Positions 10,600-19,846 of a stretch of DNA of 64,000 bases are shown piece by piece; positions within the stretch are counted from its first letter, which is position 1; each line of letters opens with the position of its first letter. The DNA comes from Candidatus Blackburnbacteria bacterium RIFCSPLOWO2_01_FULL_40_20. Lineage in GTDB: Bacteria > Patescibacteriota > Microgenomatia > UBA8517 > UBA10165. The notes beneath the pieces were generated by a model. That model was not told the DNA's origin and did not search any database. It saw nothing but the letters and a program-made list of their open reading frames with translations. The stretch covers positions 11,312 through 75,311 of the forward strand of contig MHCC01000027.1 of assembly GCA_001816475.1 (NCBI GenBank), in the 5' to 3' direction. The position numbers and the translations under genes are program-made.

Positions 10600-11045
10600 A
10601 GTCTTTTGTTCAAGCCTTGGTTCAAAGGCGCATTAAGGTTTGTACAGAGACTCCAACGCACCCTTTGGGGACTTGAGCCCCAGGGAAGTAGGAGAATCGG
10701 GATTGTCGACAGTGTTGCTTAACAGAGCTCCCGTTGACCAGGACACAGAGTCCTTCCCACCAGTTCTCCGCAGGTTAAGCTTGGAGGAAGAAAATCTAAG
10801 ACGATGGGGCTGCATAACCCGTAAACACTTGCGAGTCGGTGTCAAGGTTAGCTCGTGCAGATTCCCAGACGAAACCATGACAATGACGATTGTCAAGATT
10901 GATTGGGATGGGTACGTCTACCTGGAAGGTCGAAGTGTGCCGTTTGATCCTATCTTCCTCGAGCTTGTAGTAGTAGAGTCTTGATCGCTGCTTGGGGCAA
11001 GGAAAAATCGTCCACTCGGACACCCTTGCCTCAAGTCAATTCTCA
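10600..11045. ncRNA. candidate structured ncRNA (identity unresolved: RNase P RNA / tmRNA / other)
   Basis: ~440 nt island between convergent genes, GC clearly above flanks, open frames of similar length on both strands (typical of non-coding GC-rich RNA), nested hairpin GGCAAGG..GUCC-acuc-GGAC..CCUUGCC at 11005-11039. Confidence 0.35.
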
Positions 11046-11064
11046 ATTCAAAACTACGTAGAAG

Positions 11065-12036
11065 CTAATCGGCAAAATCCTGTGTTACCATTTTGCCGTA
11101 AATTCCACCGTCAATTATTCCAACACCAACTCTTCTAAAGCTCGGATCCAAAATATTTCGTTTGTGTCCAGGGGAATTCATCAAACCTTGATGTGCCAGC
11201 TCTAAAGTTGGAGCAAGAGCAAGGTTCTCGCCAGCTGTCCCAAAACGCACTCCACCCTCTTTCATCCTTTGAAATGGGTCCTTACCATCCGGATTAATAT
11301 GCGCGAAATAACTTCTTTCCCACATGTCCTTTGAGTGAGTCCTGGCAACTTCTGTTAATAATTTATCAGCAACCAGTGGCGAAACACCAATTCTTACACG
11401 TTCTTGATTTACTAACTCAAGCATCTTCGCTTCCGACTCTTGGTCCACCGTCAACGTTTTTGGCTTAAAATTTAAATCTATTTTTTCATCACTTTCCGGC
11501 CTAACAGTCAAAAAAGTTAAAGTGTCGTTTATTGCTCCCCCAAACACATCTACCAACTGTCTTTCAACAAAAGTGGTTTTATCAACCAATAACCCACCAA
11601 TCTTTGAGTTGGTGATATCGGATTTTACTTCACCAGAAATTGGGGCAGAAATAATAAAAGTCAAAATAATTGCACTTACAATTGCTCCATCAATTAGGGC
11701 CGGAACCACGGAGGCAACTTTATTTACCCAATTGTTCCAGAGTTTCTCGGGCAGATGCTTAAGTATTTTAGATACCACAGTATCAATTACAAGTTGCGCA
11801 ACAATAATTACAACAACAAAACCAATGACTTTGGCAAAAGAAGAAGGGAGAGTAAAATTTGCAATTAAAAACTTGGCAACCAACCCATACGTTCTAAAAG
11901 CAATAAATAGAGAACCAATAAAAGAAACAAGGTCGCCAGCGAGTGCCCAAAATCCACGTTGAACTCCATTTGCAATGTAAAGCGCCAAAACTATGACAAT
12001 AATTAAATCGATATAGTTTCCGTTCAGCGCTGGCAT
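11065..12036 (-). CDS. membrane protein: CvpA-like N-terminal TM domain fused to CAP/SCP/PR-1 domain
   Basis: Four N-terminal TM helices (CvpA-like) then CAP-domain motifs HSKDMWERSYFAHINPDG and GHKRNILDPSFRRVGVG. Confidence 0.65.
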   Translation of the reverse strand: MPALNGNYIDLIIVIVLALYIANGVQRGFWALAGDLVSFIGSLFIAFRTYGLVAKFLIANFTLPSSFAKVIGFVVVIIVAQLVIDTVVSKILKHLPEKLWNNWVNKVASVVPALIDGAIVSAIILTFIISAPISGEVKSDITNSKIGGLLVDKTTFVERQLVDVFGGAINDTLTFLTVRPESDEKIDLNFKPKTLTVDQESEAKMLELVNQERVRIGVSPLVADKLLTEVARTHSKDMWERSYFAHINPDGKDPFQRMKEGGVRFGTAGENLALAPTLELAHQGLMNSPGHKRNILDPSFRRVGVGIIDGGIYGKMVTQDFAD

Positions 12037-12039
12037 AGA

Positions 12040-12366
12040 CTATTTAGCTTTTTGCTCTTTTTTCAACTGACCCAATTTCCACATGAATAGCCTGCCGCGA
12101 TTGTTAACATTTCCAGCATCTTTGACAAAATATCGAGCATGTTCAAGCAAATGACGAGGGGTGTTCTTGGCCAATTTCATGTACAGACTTTTGTGTTCTA
12201 AATCTCCCAACTCCTGCGCCAAATCATATGCATACTTTTGGAATTCGCGAGAAATATAGCGGTCCTCTCTGGGGTCAAACTTTTTAAGTACTTTTTTGAT
12301 ATCAGAAAAATCAGACATACAAATAAAAATTCGAAATCCAAAATCCCAAATCCGAAACAAATTCAA
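12040..12366 (-). CDS. hypothetical protein
   Basis: ORF only; probable start at internal ATG (MSDFSDIKK). Confidence 0.3.
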   Translation of the reverse strand: MNLFRIWDFGFRIFICMSDFSDIKKVLKKFDPREDRYISREFQKYAYDLAQELGDLEHKSLYMKLAKNTPRHLLEHARYFVKDAGNVNNRGRLFMWKLGQLKKEQKAK

Positions 12367-12426
12367 ATACTATAAATCAAAAATTCAAAACATTCTGAAA
12401 ATTTGATATTTGAATTTAGATATTGT

Positions 12427-12984
12427 TTAGGATTTCGTGCTTCGTGCTTCGAATTTAAACCCGTATATAATTTTCGCTATTACTTGATCGATTATTTCCT
12501 TTTCTTCGTTTTCGAAATCCTCAAGCACATATTGCTCGCCTGAGATTCTGTTTTCCGGTTTTCTATTGTCGACTCCGACTCTGATTCTCCAAAAATCGGC
12601 TGTTCCAAGTTTTTCTTCAATTGACAAAAGCCCATTGTGGACCTTTGGCCCTTTGCCTTTTTGAATTTTATATTCCCCAAGCTTAATATCAAGATCGTCA
12701 TGGATTACATACAAATCGTCGTACTTAACTTTAAACCAGTCAACAAGTTTTTTTACTGCCTCACCAGAATTATTCATGAACGTATGTGGCTGGGCAAGAA
12801 GTACGTCTACCGTCTTCAGTCCACAGACTACCGATAATAAATTACTCTTTTCTTCCCACTTGCTGTAGTCTGTAGTCGGTAGACAGTAGTCTTGTCCAAT
12901 TCGATTCACCACCATAAATCCTACACTATGCCTTGTGTTTTTATATTTTTCTCCAGGGTTCCCTAAGCCAACAATTAGCTTCAT
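12427..12984 (-). CDS. pth: peptidyl-tRNA hydrolase
   Basis: MKLIVGLGNPGEKYKNTRHSVGF signature, 185 aa. Confidence 0.9.
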   Translation of the reverse strand: MKLIVGLGNPGEKYKNTRHSVGFMVVNRIGQDYCLPTTDYSKWEEKSNLLSVVCGLKTVDVLLAQPHTFMNNSGEAVKKLVDWFKVKYDDLYVIHDDLDIKLGEYKIQKGKGPKVHNGLLSIEEKLGTADFWRIRVGVDNRKPENRISGEQYVLEDFENEEKEIIDQVIAKIIYGFKFEARSTKS

Positions 12985-13205
12985 TTAAGTTCTCCTGTCT
13001 CCTCTTCTGTTAATTCCGCTTGGGCAATTATTCTTCTTAATGTACCAACAGGAACAGGTCCTGGGTGAATTGCAACTTGTGTCCACCGACCATCAGAATG
13101 TTTAAGTCTGATATGGCTTCCACGTCCTCCAACTTCTTGGAAACCCATCTTTGTAAGAAATTTTACCAACTTTTGAGGTTTGACATTACGGGGCAATCTG
13201 CTCAT
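12981..13205 (-). CDS. hicA: HicA-family toxin (YcfA-like mRNA interferase)
   Basis: 74 aa, KPQKLVKFLTKMGFQEVGGRGSHIRL..DGRWTQVAIHPGPVPVGTLRRI matches HicA dsRBD-like fold; overlaps hicB stop. Confidence 0.75.
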   Translation of the reverse strand: MSRLPRNVKPQKLVKFLTKMGFQEVGGRGSHIRLKHSDGRWTQVAIHPGPVPVGTLRRIIAQAELTEEETGELK

Positions 13206-13474
13206 AAATAGCCTAATTTTGCACCGGCCGGAACTTTAACTTGAGCTGTGGTTACCATTTGTAATTCAGTGTTTTCTATTGGAACTTCTTTTCCCTCTTT
13301 TACCAAAGACTCCAAAGCAAGTTCTATACCATCATTTATGCTTTCTAAAACCTCGTCGATGGAATCACCATAGTCAGCAACACCTAATACCGGACAATAG
13401 GCATTGTATACAGTCTTTTTGCCCATCTTTTCAGGCTCAACAATAATTCGATAGTTTAATACTCTTGCTTGCAT
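13202..13474 (-). CDS. hicB: HicB-family antitoxin (UPF0150)
   Basis: 90 aa, YRIIVEPEKMGKKTVYNAYCPVLGVADYGDSIDEVLESINDGIEL typical HicB N-domain; 4-nt overlap with hicA. Confidence 0.7.
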   Translation of the reverse strand: MQARVLNYRIIVEPEKMGKKTVYNAYCPVLGVADYGDSIDEVLESINDGIELALESLVKEGKEVPIENTELQMVTTAQVKVPAGAKLGYL

Positions 13475-13534
13475 ACACCCATTTTACCACACGCTTTCCA
13501 GTTGATCTGGGCTTTTTTCCCAAAATATGGAAAA

Positions 13535-14188
13535 TTATTCCTTGCTGTTAATAAGTTTATTTTCAAGAAGACAACTTTTTGCTAACTCAAATATTTTTTG
13601 ATGTCCCCTTGAATTCGGATGTAAACCATCTGCCAACAAGTTTTTAAAATTAGCTTTCAAAAAGGCCTCGTAAACTTCAACAAAATTTAAATTTTGCTCA
13701 TCACAGAGCTGTTTTATTGAATTATTATATTCTTTTAGGCTTTCGTTCGTATATGCAAAACCCTGCATGTGTGGAGTGGGGTTCATTTTATCCTCATCAA
13801 CAGGAGGCAACCCAACAAAAACAATCCTTGCTTGATATTTTCTTGCGGCCAAAATTAACTCTTCAAGATTCTTCTTAAAAACATTTAAAGGAGTTGCATT
13901 TGTTCCGTCTTTTAAGGACATAAGCGAGTCGTTTGTTCCAACTTCAAATAAAACTACCGTTTCGACTCCTTCGTCACACCGCGCGTCCATCTCTTGCTCG
14001 ACTCTTTCCAAAAGTGTGGTTGAACTGTCGCCAGGTATGCCCAAGGGGTAAGTCCAATTAAAATCAAACGAGCCAAGATGTTTTATATTATTCTCGTCAA
14101 CATATTGCTTTAATCGTTGTGCCCACCCGCCTTGGGTATCCCATGCTCCCCAAGCGATACTTGCACCAAAAATTAATATCTGAGCCAT
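13535..14188 (-). CDS. SGNH/GDSL hydrolase
   Basis: Block I FGASIAWG (Ser nucleophile), GTND block III, DGLHPN block V. Confidence 0.75.
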   Translation of the reverse strand: MAQILIFGASIAWGAWDTQGGWAQRLKQYVDENNIKHLGSFDFNWTYPLGIPGDSSTTLLERVEQEMDARCDEGVETVVLFEVGTNDSLMSLKDGTNATPLNVFKKNLEELILAARKYQARIVFVGLPPVDEDKMNPTPHMQGFAYTNESLKEYNNSIKQLCDEQNLNFVEVYEAFLKANFKNLLADGLHPNSRGHQKIFELAKSCLLENKLINSKE

Positions 14189-14249
14189 GTTACAATTCTA
14201 GCAAATATAAACAAAATTGACATAGTAACTATAATTAAAGTTAAAGAAC

Positions 14250-14741
14250 ATGAAGGAATTTCAACCGAGACCCGGCGATAACTCATTAGAACTTATGCAT
14301 TCTATTAAACAGTTATTAAATACTGGTTTTACTCAAGAACAATGTGTACTTTATTTGGTCTGGCGAAACAGTTATGGAAAAGATGCGAGTGTTTTTAAAG
14401 GTCCAATTGATATTGTTTCATGGCTTAAGAAAAGTGGTAAAATCGGAGAACAAGAACCAACCGAAAACTTGGATCAAAAAGTTGCAAGTTTGACAGAAGG
14501 TAATATAATAGTAAATACTATGGACTCAGAAAAAGAACAATCGCCATCATTCGCCGATTTGCCCTACGACGATCAAGTTAAGGAGTTGATTAGGATAGGA
14601 TTTAGCGAGCAACAAATAAACAATTTGGATCGAATCAGAAAAAATAAAGCTTCGCATGAACTAACTCTAGAAACAAGGCGCTTGGAATTTGGAAGATGGC
14701 TAAAAGAACAAGGGCTGGTCACCGACTGGCCAGCAGTGTAA
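14250..14741 (+). CDS. hypothetical protein
   Basis: ORF only. Confidence 0.3.
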   Translation: MKEFQPRPGDNSLELMHSIKQLLNTGFTQEQCVLYLVWRNSYGKDASVFKGPIDIVSWLKKSGKIGEQEPTENLDQKVASLTEGNIIVNTMDSEKEQSPSFADLPYDDQVKELIRIGFSEQQINNLDRIRKNKASHELTLETRRLEFGRWLKEQGLVTDWPAV

Positions 14742-14745
14742 AACA

Positions 14746-16482
14746 CTAGCCTTTTTGGATTTTATATAGTTTTGCAATCTCTCCAACTGAAGTTGCTTGA
14801 TCAGGGTTTTTATCGTCTCGAACTCTAATCAGTCGCGGAAACCGCAGTGAATACCCCCTACTTTTGTCTCGTCCCGCAGTGTGTCTTGGAGACAAACTGA
14901 TCTCATCTGCCAATATTTCCAAAACCAACTGAGGACGCACCCAAACGTCCGGCTCTGCTTCTTTGTCAACTTCATAAGTATTAGGCTTATCCTCAACTTT
15001 TAACTTTTCTACCTCTTTGTACATTTGCCGAAATTGCTCATCAGACAACCCTGTGCCGAGCCGGGAAATTGAGTAGTACTTTTCGCCTTTACCGGGAACT
15101 CCTATTAAAAAGGCTCCCAGTCCAAATTGTGCCCTTTTTCCACGCCCGCGATATGCTCCCATCAAAACACAGTCGATTGTGTCGGTTATTTTTCCTTCAG
15201 TGGTTTTTTTGAACTTTACCCAGTGGTACCCTCTTCCGCCAGCCCGATAAGGTGCATCTAGTTTCTTAGCTACTATCCCTTCCAATCCGTCTTTAATACA
15301 ATTGTTAAAAAGCTCACGCAGCTTGTCCGCTTCTGTAACGATATGGTGTTGTGCCAAAACAATATCACCTTTTTCGCCACCCAACTCTTTTTCCATCAAT
15401 TCACGTCGTTCCCGGAAGGGAACAGTCAGCAAAGTTTTTCCATTCAAAAACAACGAATCAAAAACAAAAACTTTAAGAGGGATCGATTTTGCCATTTCTT
15501 CAATTCCATATTTTCTTTTGCGTTGCACAGTTTCTTGAAAAGGAACAAACTTTCCTGTTTTTGAGTTGTAGCCAATTGCCTCTCCGTCAAAAATTCCAGA
15601 CTTTACATGAAGTTTTGAGGCCGCGTCAACAAGGTCGGGGTACATATGCGTTACGTTCTCTAAGTTTCTTGAGAAAATCTTTACTTCCCTTTTATCACTT
15701 GACCCCCAAACATGCAGTTGCACCCGAAAACCATCCAATTTTGGCTCAACTGCAAATCTTCCATCCATCTTTTCAACTATTTTTTCAGCTGATGGCAACC
15801 TTTCGGCCAAAGATGGCCTTATCGGAACCCCAGGCTCCGCATCAACTTTTTCAACGCCTGTTAGACCTTCTTTTTTTATTCTTTGGGCGATTTTACCAAT
15901 ATCAACAAAAACATTGTATGCAGCCTCAATTTTCTTCCTTGCCGACTTGTCCCCAACTTCCATAACTGATAAGGCGTCCATCATACTTACGTCAGAGAAT
16001 CCTAGTCGTAGTTTTCCAACAGGAATTCTTGCAATATACCGAGCCGACAGGGGATCTACCTCTGAAAGCAGTTCTGCAATCAAAGTAAGCTTCCTCTCTT
16101 GGCTCTTTTCCCCACCCTCTGCAGCAACCTTACGCAGCAGATCATAAACCTCACTCACACTCGTCTTAGACTTAAACTTAGACTGTTCTGCAAACTTCTC
16201 AGCAACGTCACCCAAGTCTCCAATATTTTTAAACTTCTCTGTCACTGTCTCTATCTCTTTCTTGTAAGCATAACCAATAGCTCTGATCATCATCTTCTCA
16301 GCAAAGTTAAATTCTATGCCTGTATATTGAGGCGCTACTCGACCTAAAACCAGATAGCAAATCTTATCAATTTCGCCAGAACTGGCATCCTTAAACAACC
16401 CTGCCAAGATTTGGGTAATTTCGTTTCTTGAGGCAGTTTTTTCAAGTTTTTGAAGATATTCGGAAAGTTTACTAAACGTCAT
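14746..16482 (-). CDS. lig: ATP-dependent DNA ligase (Lig1/archaeal-eukaryal type)
   Basis: Motif I EPKLDGFRVQ (KxDGxR), 578 aa with DNA-binding, adenylation and OB domains. Confidence 0.85.
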   Translation of the reverse strand: MTFSKLSEYLQKLEKTASRNEITQILAGLFKDASSGEIDKICYLVLGRVAPQYTGIEFNFAEKMMIRAIGYAYKKEIETVTEKFKNIGDLGDVAEKFAEQSKFKSKTSVSEVYDLLRKVAAEGGEKSQERKLTLIAELLSEVDPLSARYIARIPVGKLRLGFSDVSMMDALSVMEVGDKSARKKIEAAYNVFVDIGKIAQRIKKEGLTGVEKVDAEPGVPIRPSLAERLPSAEKIVEKMDGRFAVEPKLDGFRVQLHVWGSSDKREVKIFSRNLENVTHMYPDLVDAASKLHVKSGIFDGEAIGYNSKTGKFVPFQETVQRKRKYGIEEMAKSIPLKVFVFDSLFLNGKTLLTVPFRERRELMEKELGGEKGDIVLAQHHIVTEADKLRELFNNCIKDGLEGIVAKKLDAPYRAGGRGYHWVKFKKTTEGKITDTIDCVLMGAYRGRGKRAQFGLGAFLIGVPGKGEKYYSISRLGTGLSDEQFRQMYKEVEKLKVEDKPNTYEVDKEAEPDVWVRPQLVLEILADEISLSPRHTAGRDKSRGYSLRFPRLIRVRDDKNPDQATSVGEIAKLYKIQKG

Positions 16483-16676
16483 TGAAGCAATAATATCACA
16501 ACTCCCATTGTCAACAAAAACACAATTCCACTAAACAAACTAATCCATCCACAATTTTTCTCATGTAAAATTTTAGCTATCCCGTCCGCTACCAAAGTAA
16601 CTCCAAACATAATTGGCAATGAAACTAAAATATAGATAAAACGTGGGTCAGAAAAGGACATAAAACTAATTTTCAA
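16479..16676 (-). CDS. small membrane protein
   Basis: 65 aa, two hydrophobic helices; 4-nt overlap with ligase start, 9 nt after Fic stop (operon). Confidence 0.3.
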   Translation of the reverse strand: MKISFMSFSDPRFIYILVSLPIMFGVTLVADGIAKILHEKNCGWISLFSGIVFLLTMGVVILLLQ

Positions 16677-16684
16677 TTTTCAAT

Positions 16685-17800
16685 TTATTTTACGAGCTCA
16701 TAATAGCTTCCCTTGGTTTTTCCTTTTTTACGGATTACATTACTTTTTACTAAAGCTTGAAATTCGCGCAAAACTGTATCCTCAGAAACCATTGGGAAAA
16801 GCGGCCTGATCTCTCCCATTCCTCCTCTTTCGTTTTCAGATAAATATTCAATTATTTTAATCTGCCGCTCGGAAAGAGCAACCTGCTGACCTCTTTTTGC
16901 TCTAATTTTTGTATCAATTGACAACTTTTTAACTTTCTCGCGAACACGTGTTAATTCAACTGCCAAACCTTGAGTAAAATATCCAATCCAAGCCGTCAAA
17001 TCGCGATCTCCAAGCTCTTTCGACTGACCTGAGGTTGCAATTAGCGCTCCGTAATAAGCCTCCGCATCCCGATCAAAATATTCTTCTAAAGAAAACAGTC
17101 GCTTAATATCATAATCTTCAACAAACATAACTAGAGTTGCAAAAGCCCGTGCTGTTCTCCCGTTCCCCTCAACAAACGGATGGATAGCAGCAAGCACATA
17201 GTGCGCAACTGCCGCACGTATTACGGGGTGAACTTCCCTGCCTACTTTTGAATTCATGAAAACTACCAAGTCTTCCATCAGGTAGGGAACCTCAACTGAT
17301 GGTGGTGGCCTAAAGGTTATCTCTCCCGTTCTTGAGTCGCGCAATACTACTTGGCTTTTTCTATAAACTCCTTGATTTTCCTCAGAAACCAACCTGTTTA
17401 CAACAAGTTTGTGGATTTGTTTTATCAAATTTTCAGAGAAACGAAAAATGTCGTTTTTTTGGCTTGTATTGTATTGTTTGTCTAAAAACTCCATAACGGT
17501 TCTGTAGTTGATAACCTCTTGTATATCTCTTTCTCGTGCTGTAATCCCAACTTTTTCCACAGCTTTTTCTGCGTTTGTTTCTCCAAATGACCCTCGAATT
17601 ACTTTCCCTGCTTGTTCAAAGGATAAATCGTTGCCCTCAATGTGAGTTCCGTGATGGACTGTTCGAATCATTGCTTCTTCTTGGAACTGCCTTTCATACG
17701 CCGGAATAAGAGGTGCTTCTTGAATAATTTCCTTACAAGCTTCAATCGTGCCAATATTTTTCAAAATGCTATTAGTGATGGTATACTTGGGAGAATACAT
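16685..17800 (-). CDS. Fic/DOC family protein
   Basis: HPFVEGNGRTAR = canonical Fic motif HPFx[DE]GNGR; C-terminal winged-helix-like tail. Confidence 0.85.
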   Translation of the reverse strand: MYSPKYTITNSILKNIGTIEACKEIIQEAPLIPAYERQFQEEAMIRTVHHGTHIEGNDLSFEQAGKVIRGSFGETNAEKAVEKVGITARERDIQEVINYRTVMEFLDKQYNTSQKNDIFRFSENLIKQIHKLVVNRLVSEENQGVYRKSQVVLRDSRTGEITFRPPPSVEVPYLMEDLVVFMNSKVGREVHPVIRAAVAHYVLAAIHPFVEGNGRTARAFATLVMFVEDYDIKRLFSLEEYFDRDAEAYYGALIATSGQSKELGDRDLTAWIGYFTQGLAVELTRVREKVKKLSIDTKIRAKRGQQVALSERQIKIIEYLSENERGGMGEIRPLFPMVSEDTVLREFQALVKSNVIRKKGKTKGSYYELVK

Positions 17801-17860
17801 CGTTAATTCAGTTTACGTTAATAATGCGGTATAAATCAAGGCGTAATTATTTTAAAACTT

Positions 17861-18142
17861 ATGGCTAAAATCAACCCAGATGACAGTCTTCCAGCAGCCT
17901 TTGCTAAGCAGCTTTTGCAACTTGCAACAGCCGGGTTTGGATTGGTTGCAGCACTTGCTTGGAATGACGCAATTAAGAATGCTATCGAAGAATACATAAA
18001 GCCGCGCGTTGCCAACGGAACTGGCATCATCTCTCAACTAATTTACGCTCTAATTATTACTGCCCTGGCAGTATTAATTACTTATCAACTAACAAAAATC
18101 ACAAGAAGGTTTGAGAGGAAGAAGAAAAATAATAAGAATTAA
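17861..18142 (+). CDS. small membrane protein (2 TM)
   Basis: 93 aa, two TM helices, basic C-terminus KITRRFERKKKNNKN whose coding sequence is repeated at 19836-19872. Confidence 0.4.
   Translation: MAKINPDDSLPAAFAKQLLQLATAGFGLVAALAWNDAIKNAIEEYIKPRVANGTGIISQLIYALIITALAVLITYQLTKITRRFERKKKNNKN
18095..18131 (+). repeat. direct repeat copy 1 (37 bp, 2 mismatches to copy at 19836-19872)
   Basis: aaaaatcacaagaaggtttgagaggaagaagaaaaa vs aaaaataacaagaagatttgagaggaagaagaaaaa. Confidence 0.8.
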
Positions 18143-18341
18143 TCTCATTGGCAACCTCAAATTAATACTTGCGCCATAACTATCAATTAAGATATAACAT
18201 TAATGTTGCAACTTTTGTGCAGCAACTTGTTTTGTTTCTTGGCTTATATCAACTAGCGACAGTCTCCAAGAAAATCACAACAATTGAAAAGGTAGTAGTC
18301 GAAGTAAAGTGTGCTGGCTAGCAAAGGACAAGGAGGGCATT

Positions 18342-18446
18342 GTGGGAATAGACGCAAGACCAGGGTCTAACGGCAGTCGTCAGGGACCAGGCAGCGGTGG
18401 AGGTCATCCGGGAAATCCCGGCAAACCAGCAGGCGGCGGAAAGTAG
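18342..18446 (+). CDS. candidate sORF, 34-aa Gly/Pro-rich peptide MGIDARPGSNGSRQGPGSGGGHPGNPGKPAGGGK
   Basis: GTG start 6 nt after AAGGAGG, followed by strong intrinsic terminator; lies in GC-rich island; below the 60-aa cutoff of the ORF track. Confidence 0.3.
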   Translation: MGIDARPGSNGSRQGPGSGGGHPGNPGKPAGGGK

Positions 18447-18483
18447 CAAGCTCAGCACGCAGCAACGACTACTTCTTTTATTG

Positions 18484-18535
18484 GCAGGTGATCTAACTCA
18501 AATTAGACAAGGTCACCTGCTTTTCATTTCTCTTC
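18484..18535. terminator. intrinsic terminator hairpin (bidirectional position)
   Basis: GCAGGTGATC-17nt loop-GGTCACCTGC then TTTTCATTTCTCTTC; sits between the convergent sORF and M16 peptidase gene. Confidence 0.55.
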
Positions 18536-19846
18536 AAGTGATTTTCCCAATTTTTCTGCATCAGTAGGCCCAATCGCAGCAATGTAGAAATTATTCTTTT
18601 GAAAATACTTTGAAGCAACTTCAAATACTTCTTGCGACGATATTTTCTTATACATATTTTCTTGTTCATTCGGAGAAATTGACTTGCCTCGCATTGATTC
18701 TTGAAATCCATACCACCGGGCAAAATCTGTTACCGTTTCCATGTTCGAAATCAAACTGCCTGTAATGTGTCCTTTAGCTAACTTCATGTCACTATCGCTT
18801 AACTTTTTATTTGATAACTTTTCAAATTCCTCCTTTACCAACGATGTAATTTTGTATTGGTTTTCTTTTGATGCTGACGCACTAAAAAAAAGATATCCTG
18901 TCTCGTCCAAGTTGTCCTGCCACATATTCCAATTGTATATTAGTCCACCTTCGTCTCTTAATCTTTGTGGCAAACGCGCTCCAAAATATCCACCCAAACA
19001 ATCTGTAATAAAATCCAGAACGTGCCTGTCTTGGTGGGCATACGGTATTGTTTTTACACCAAACATTATAGCCGTTTGATCTGAATCGATAAAATTGACT
19101 TTTACCCTCTCGCCTGAGTTTGATACCTCATTTTGACTATGAAGAAAAGATTTTCTGTTATAGATTGTCGAATATTCATCAAACAATTTCACTGAACTCT
19201 CAAGGTCAACATCCCCCGCTACAATAAAGACTGTTGAGTCGGCCAAAAAATGATCACTAATGAAATTCCCAACATCGCGAGTCGATATATTTTTAACATC
19301 TTTTTCAACACCAGTACAAGGATGAGACAAGCATGTTCCTTTAAAAAACAGAGGGTTCCATGCAAAATCCCATATCGCTGTTTCAGGATTTTCCCGACGC
19401 TTCAAGATTTCTTCTTTTACAACACCCTTCTCCTGTTCCAAACCTTCGTTGTTTATAATTGGATTTACGAGTGTTTCAAAAAGTATTTCAATTCCTTTTT
19501 TAAGTTGTAGTTTTGGTAAATGAATCATGTGCCTTTGGTATTCAATCCAAGTAAAGGCATCGTGCCACCCTCCATGTTGATTTATGGATTGTGAAAGTAA
19601 TGCTGAAGAAGGGTAGTTTTTTGTTCCGTTAAAAAGCATGTGCTCCGTAAAGTGAGCAAGTCCTGGCCGATTTGATGGATCATGCCGAAACCCGGCCTTT
19701 ATGTAGGCTGAAATTGTAACAGGAAATGCACCAGGAATTTTTATAACACCCAAAGTTGATCCATTGTTTAGTCTGGTCTTTTGATAAAAAGTTTGCTTGC
19801 GCATGATGTAATTATATGACAAAAGGCTTGGCAATAAAAATAACAA
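18524..19846 (-). CDS. M16 family zinc metallopeptidase (insulinase/pitrilysin-like)
   Basis: Inverted zincin motif HFTEH (GLAHFTEHMLFNG); more likely start at ATG 19804 (MRKQTFYQ), track start is TTG. Confidence 0.8.
   Translation of the reverse strand: MLFLLPSLLSYNYIMRKQTFYQKTRLNNGSTLGVIKIPGAFPVTISAYIKAGFRHDPSNRPGLAHFTEHMLFNGTKNYPSSALLSQSINQHGGWHDAFTWIEYQRHMIHLPKLQLKKGIEILFETLVNPIINNEGLEQEKGVVKEEILKRRENPETAIWDFAWNPLFFKGTCLSHPCTGVEKDVKNISTRDVGNFISDHFLADSTVFIVAGDVDLESSVKLFDEYSTIYNRKSFLHSQNEVSNSGERVKVNFIDSDQTAIMFGVKTIPYAHQDRHVLDFITDCLGGYFGARLPQRLRDEGGLIYNWNMWQDNLDETGYLFFSASASKENQYKITSLVKEEFEKLSNKKLSDSDMKLAKGHITGSLISNMETVTDFARWYGFQESMRGKSISPNEQENMYKKISSQEVFEVASKYFQKNNFYIAAIGPTDAEKLGKSLEEK

Noticed and set aside
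10640-10984. 114-aa + ORF and 87-aa - ORF in the GC-rich island (and likewise 29230-29511/29245-29505, 53500-53739) as protein-coding
   Set aside because: Mirror-image ORFs of equal length in a GC-rich patch are typical of structured RNA. No SD, and the composition is unlike neighbouring genes.
10600-11045. Confident tmRNA (ssrA) call for the GC-rich island
   Set aside because: Only a loose 5' resemblance (GGAUUGUCGACAG). No acceptable T-arm/CCA end or tag reading frame ending in a hydrophobic ..AA tail could be found on either strand, so it is reported only as an unclassified ncRNA candidate.
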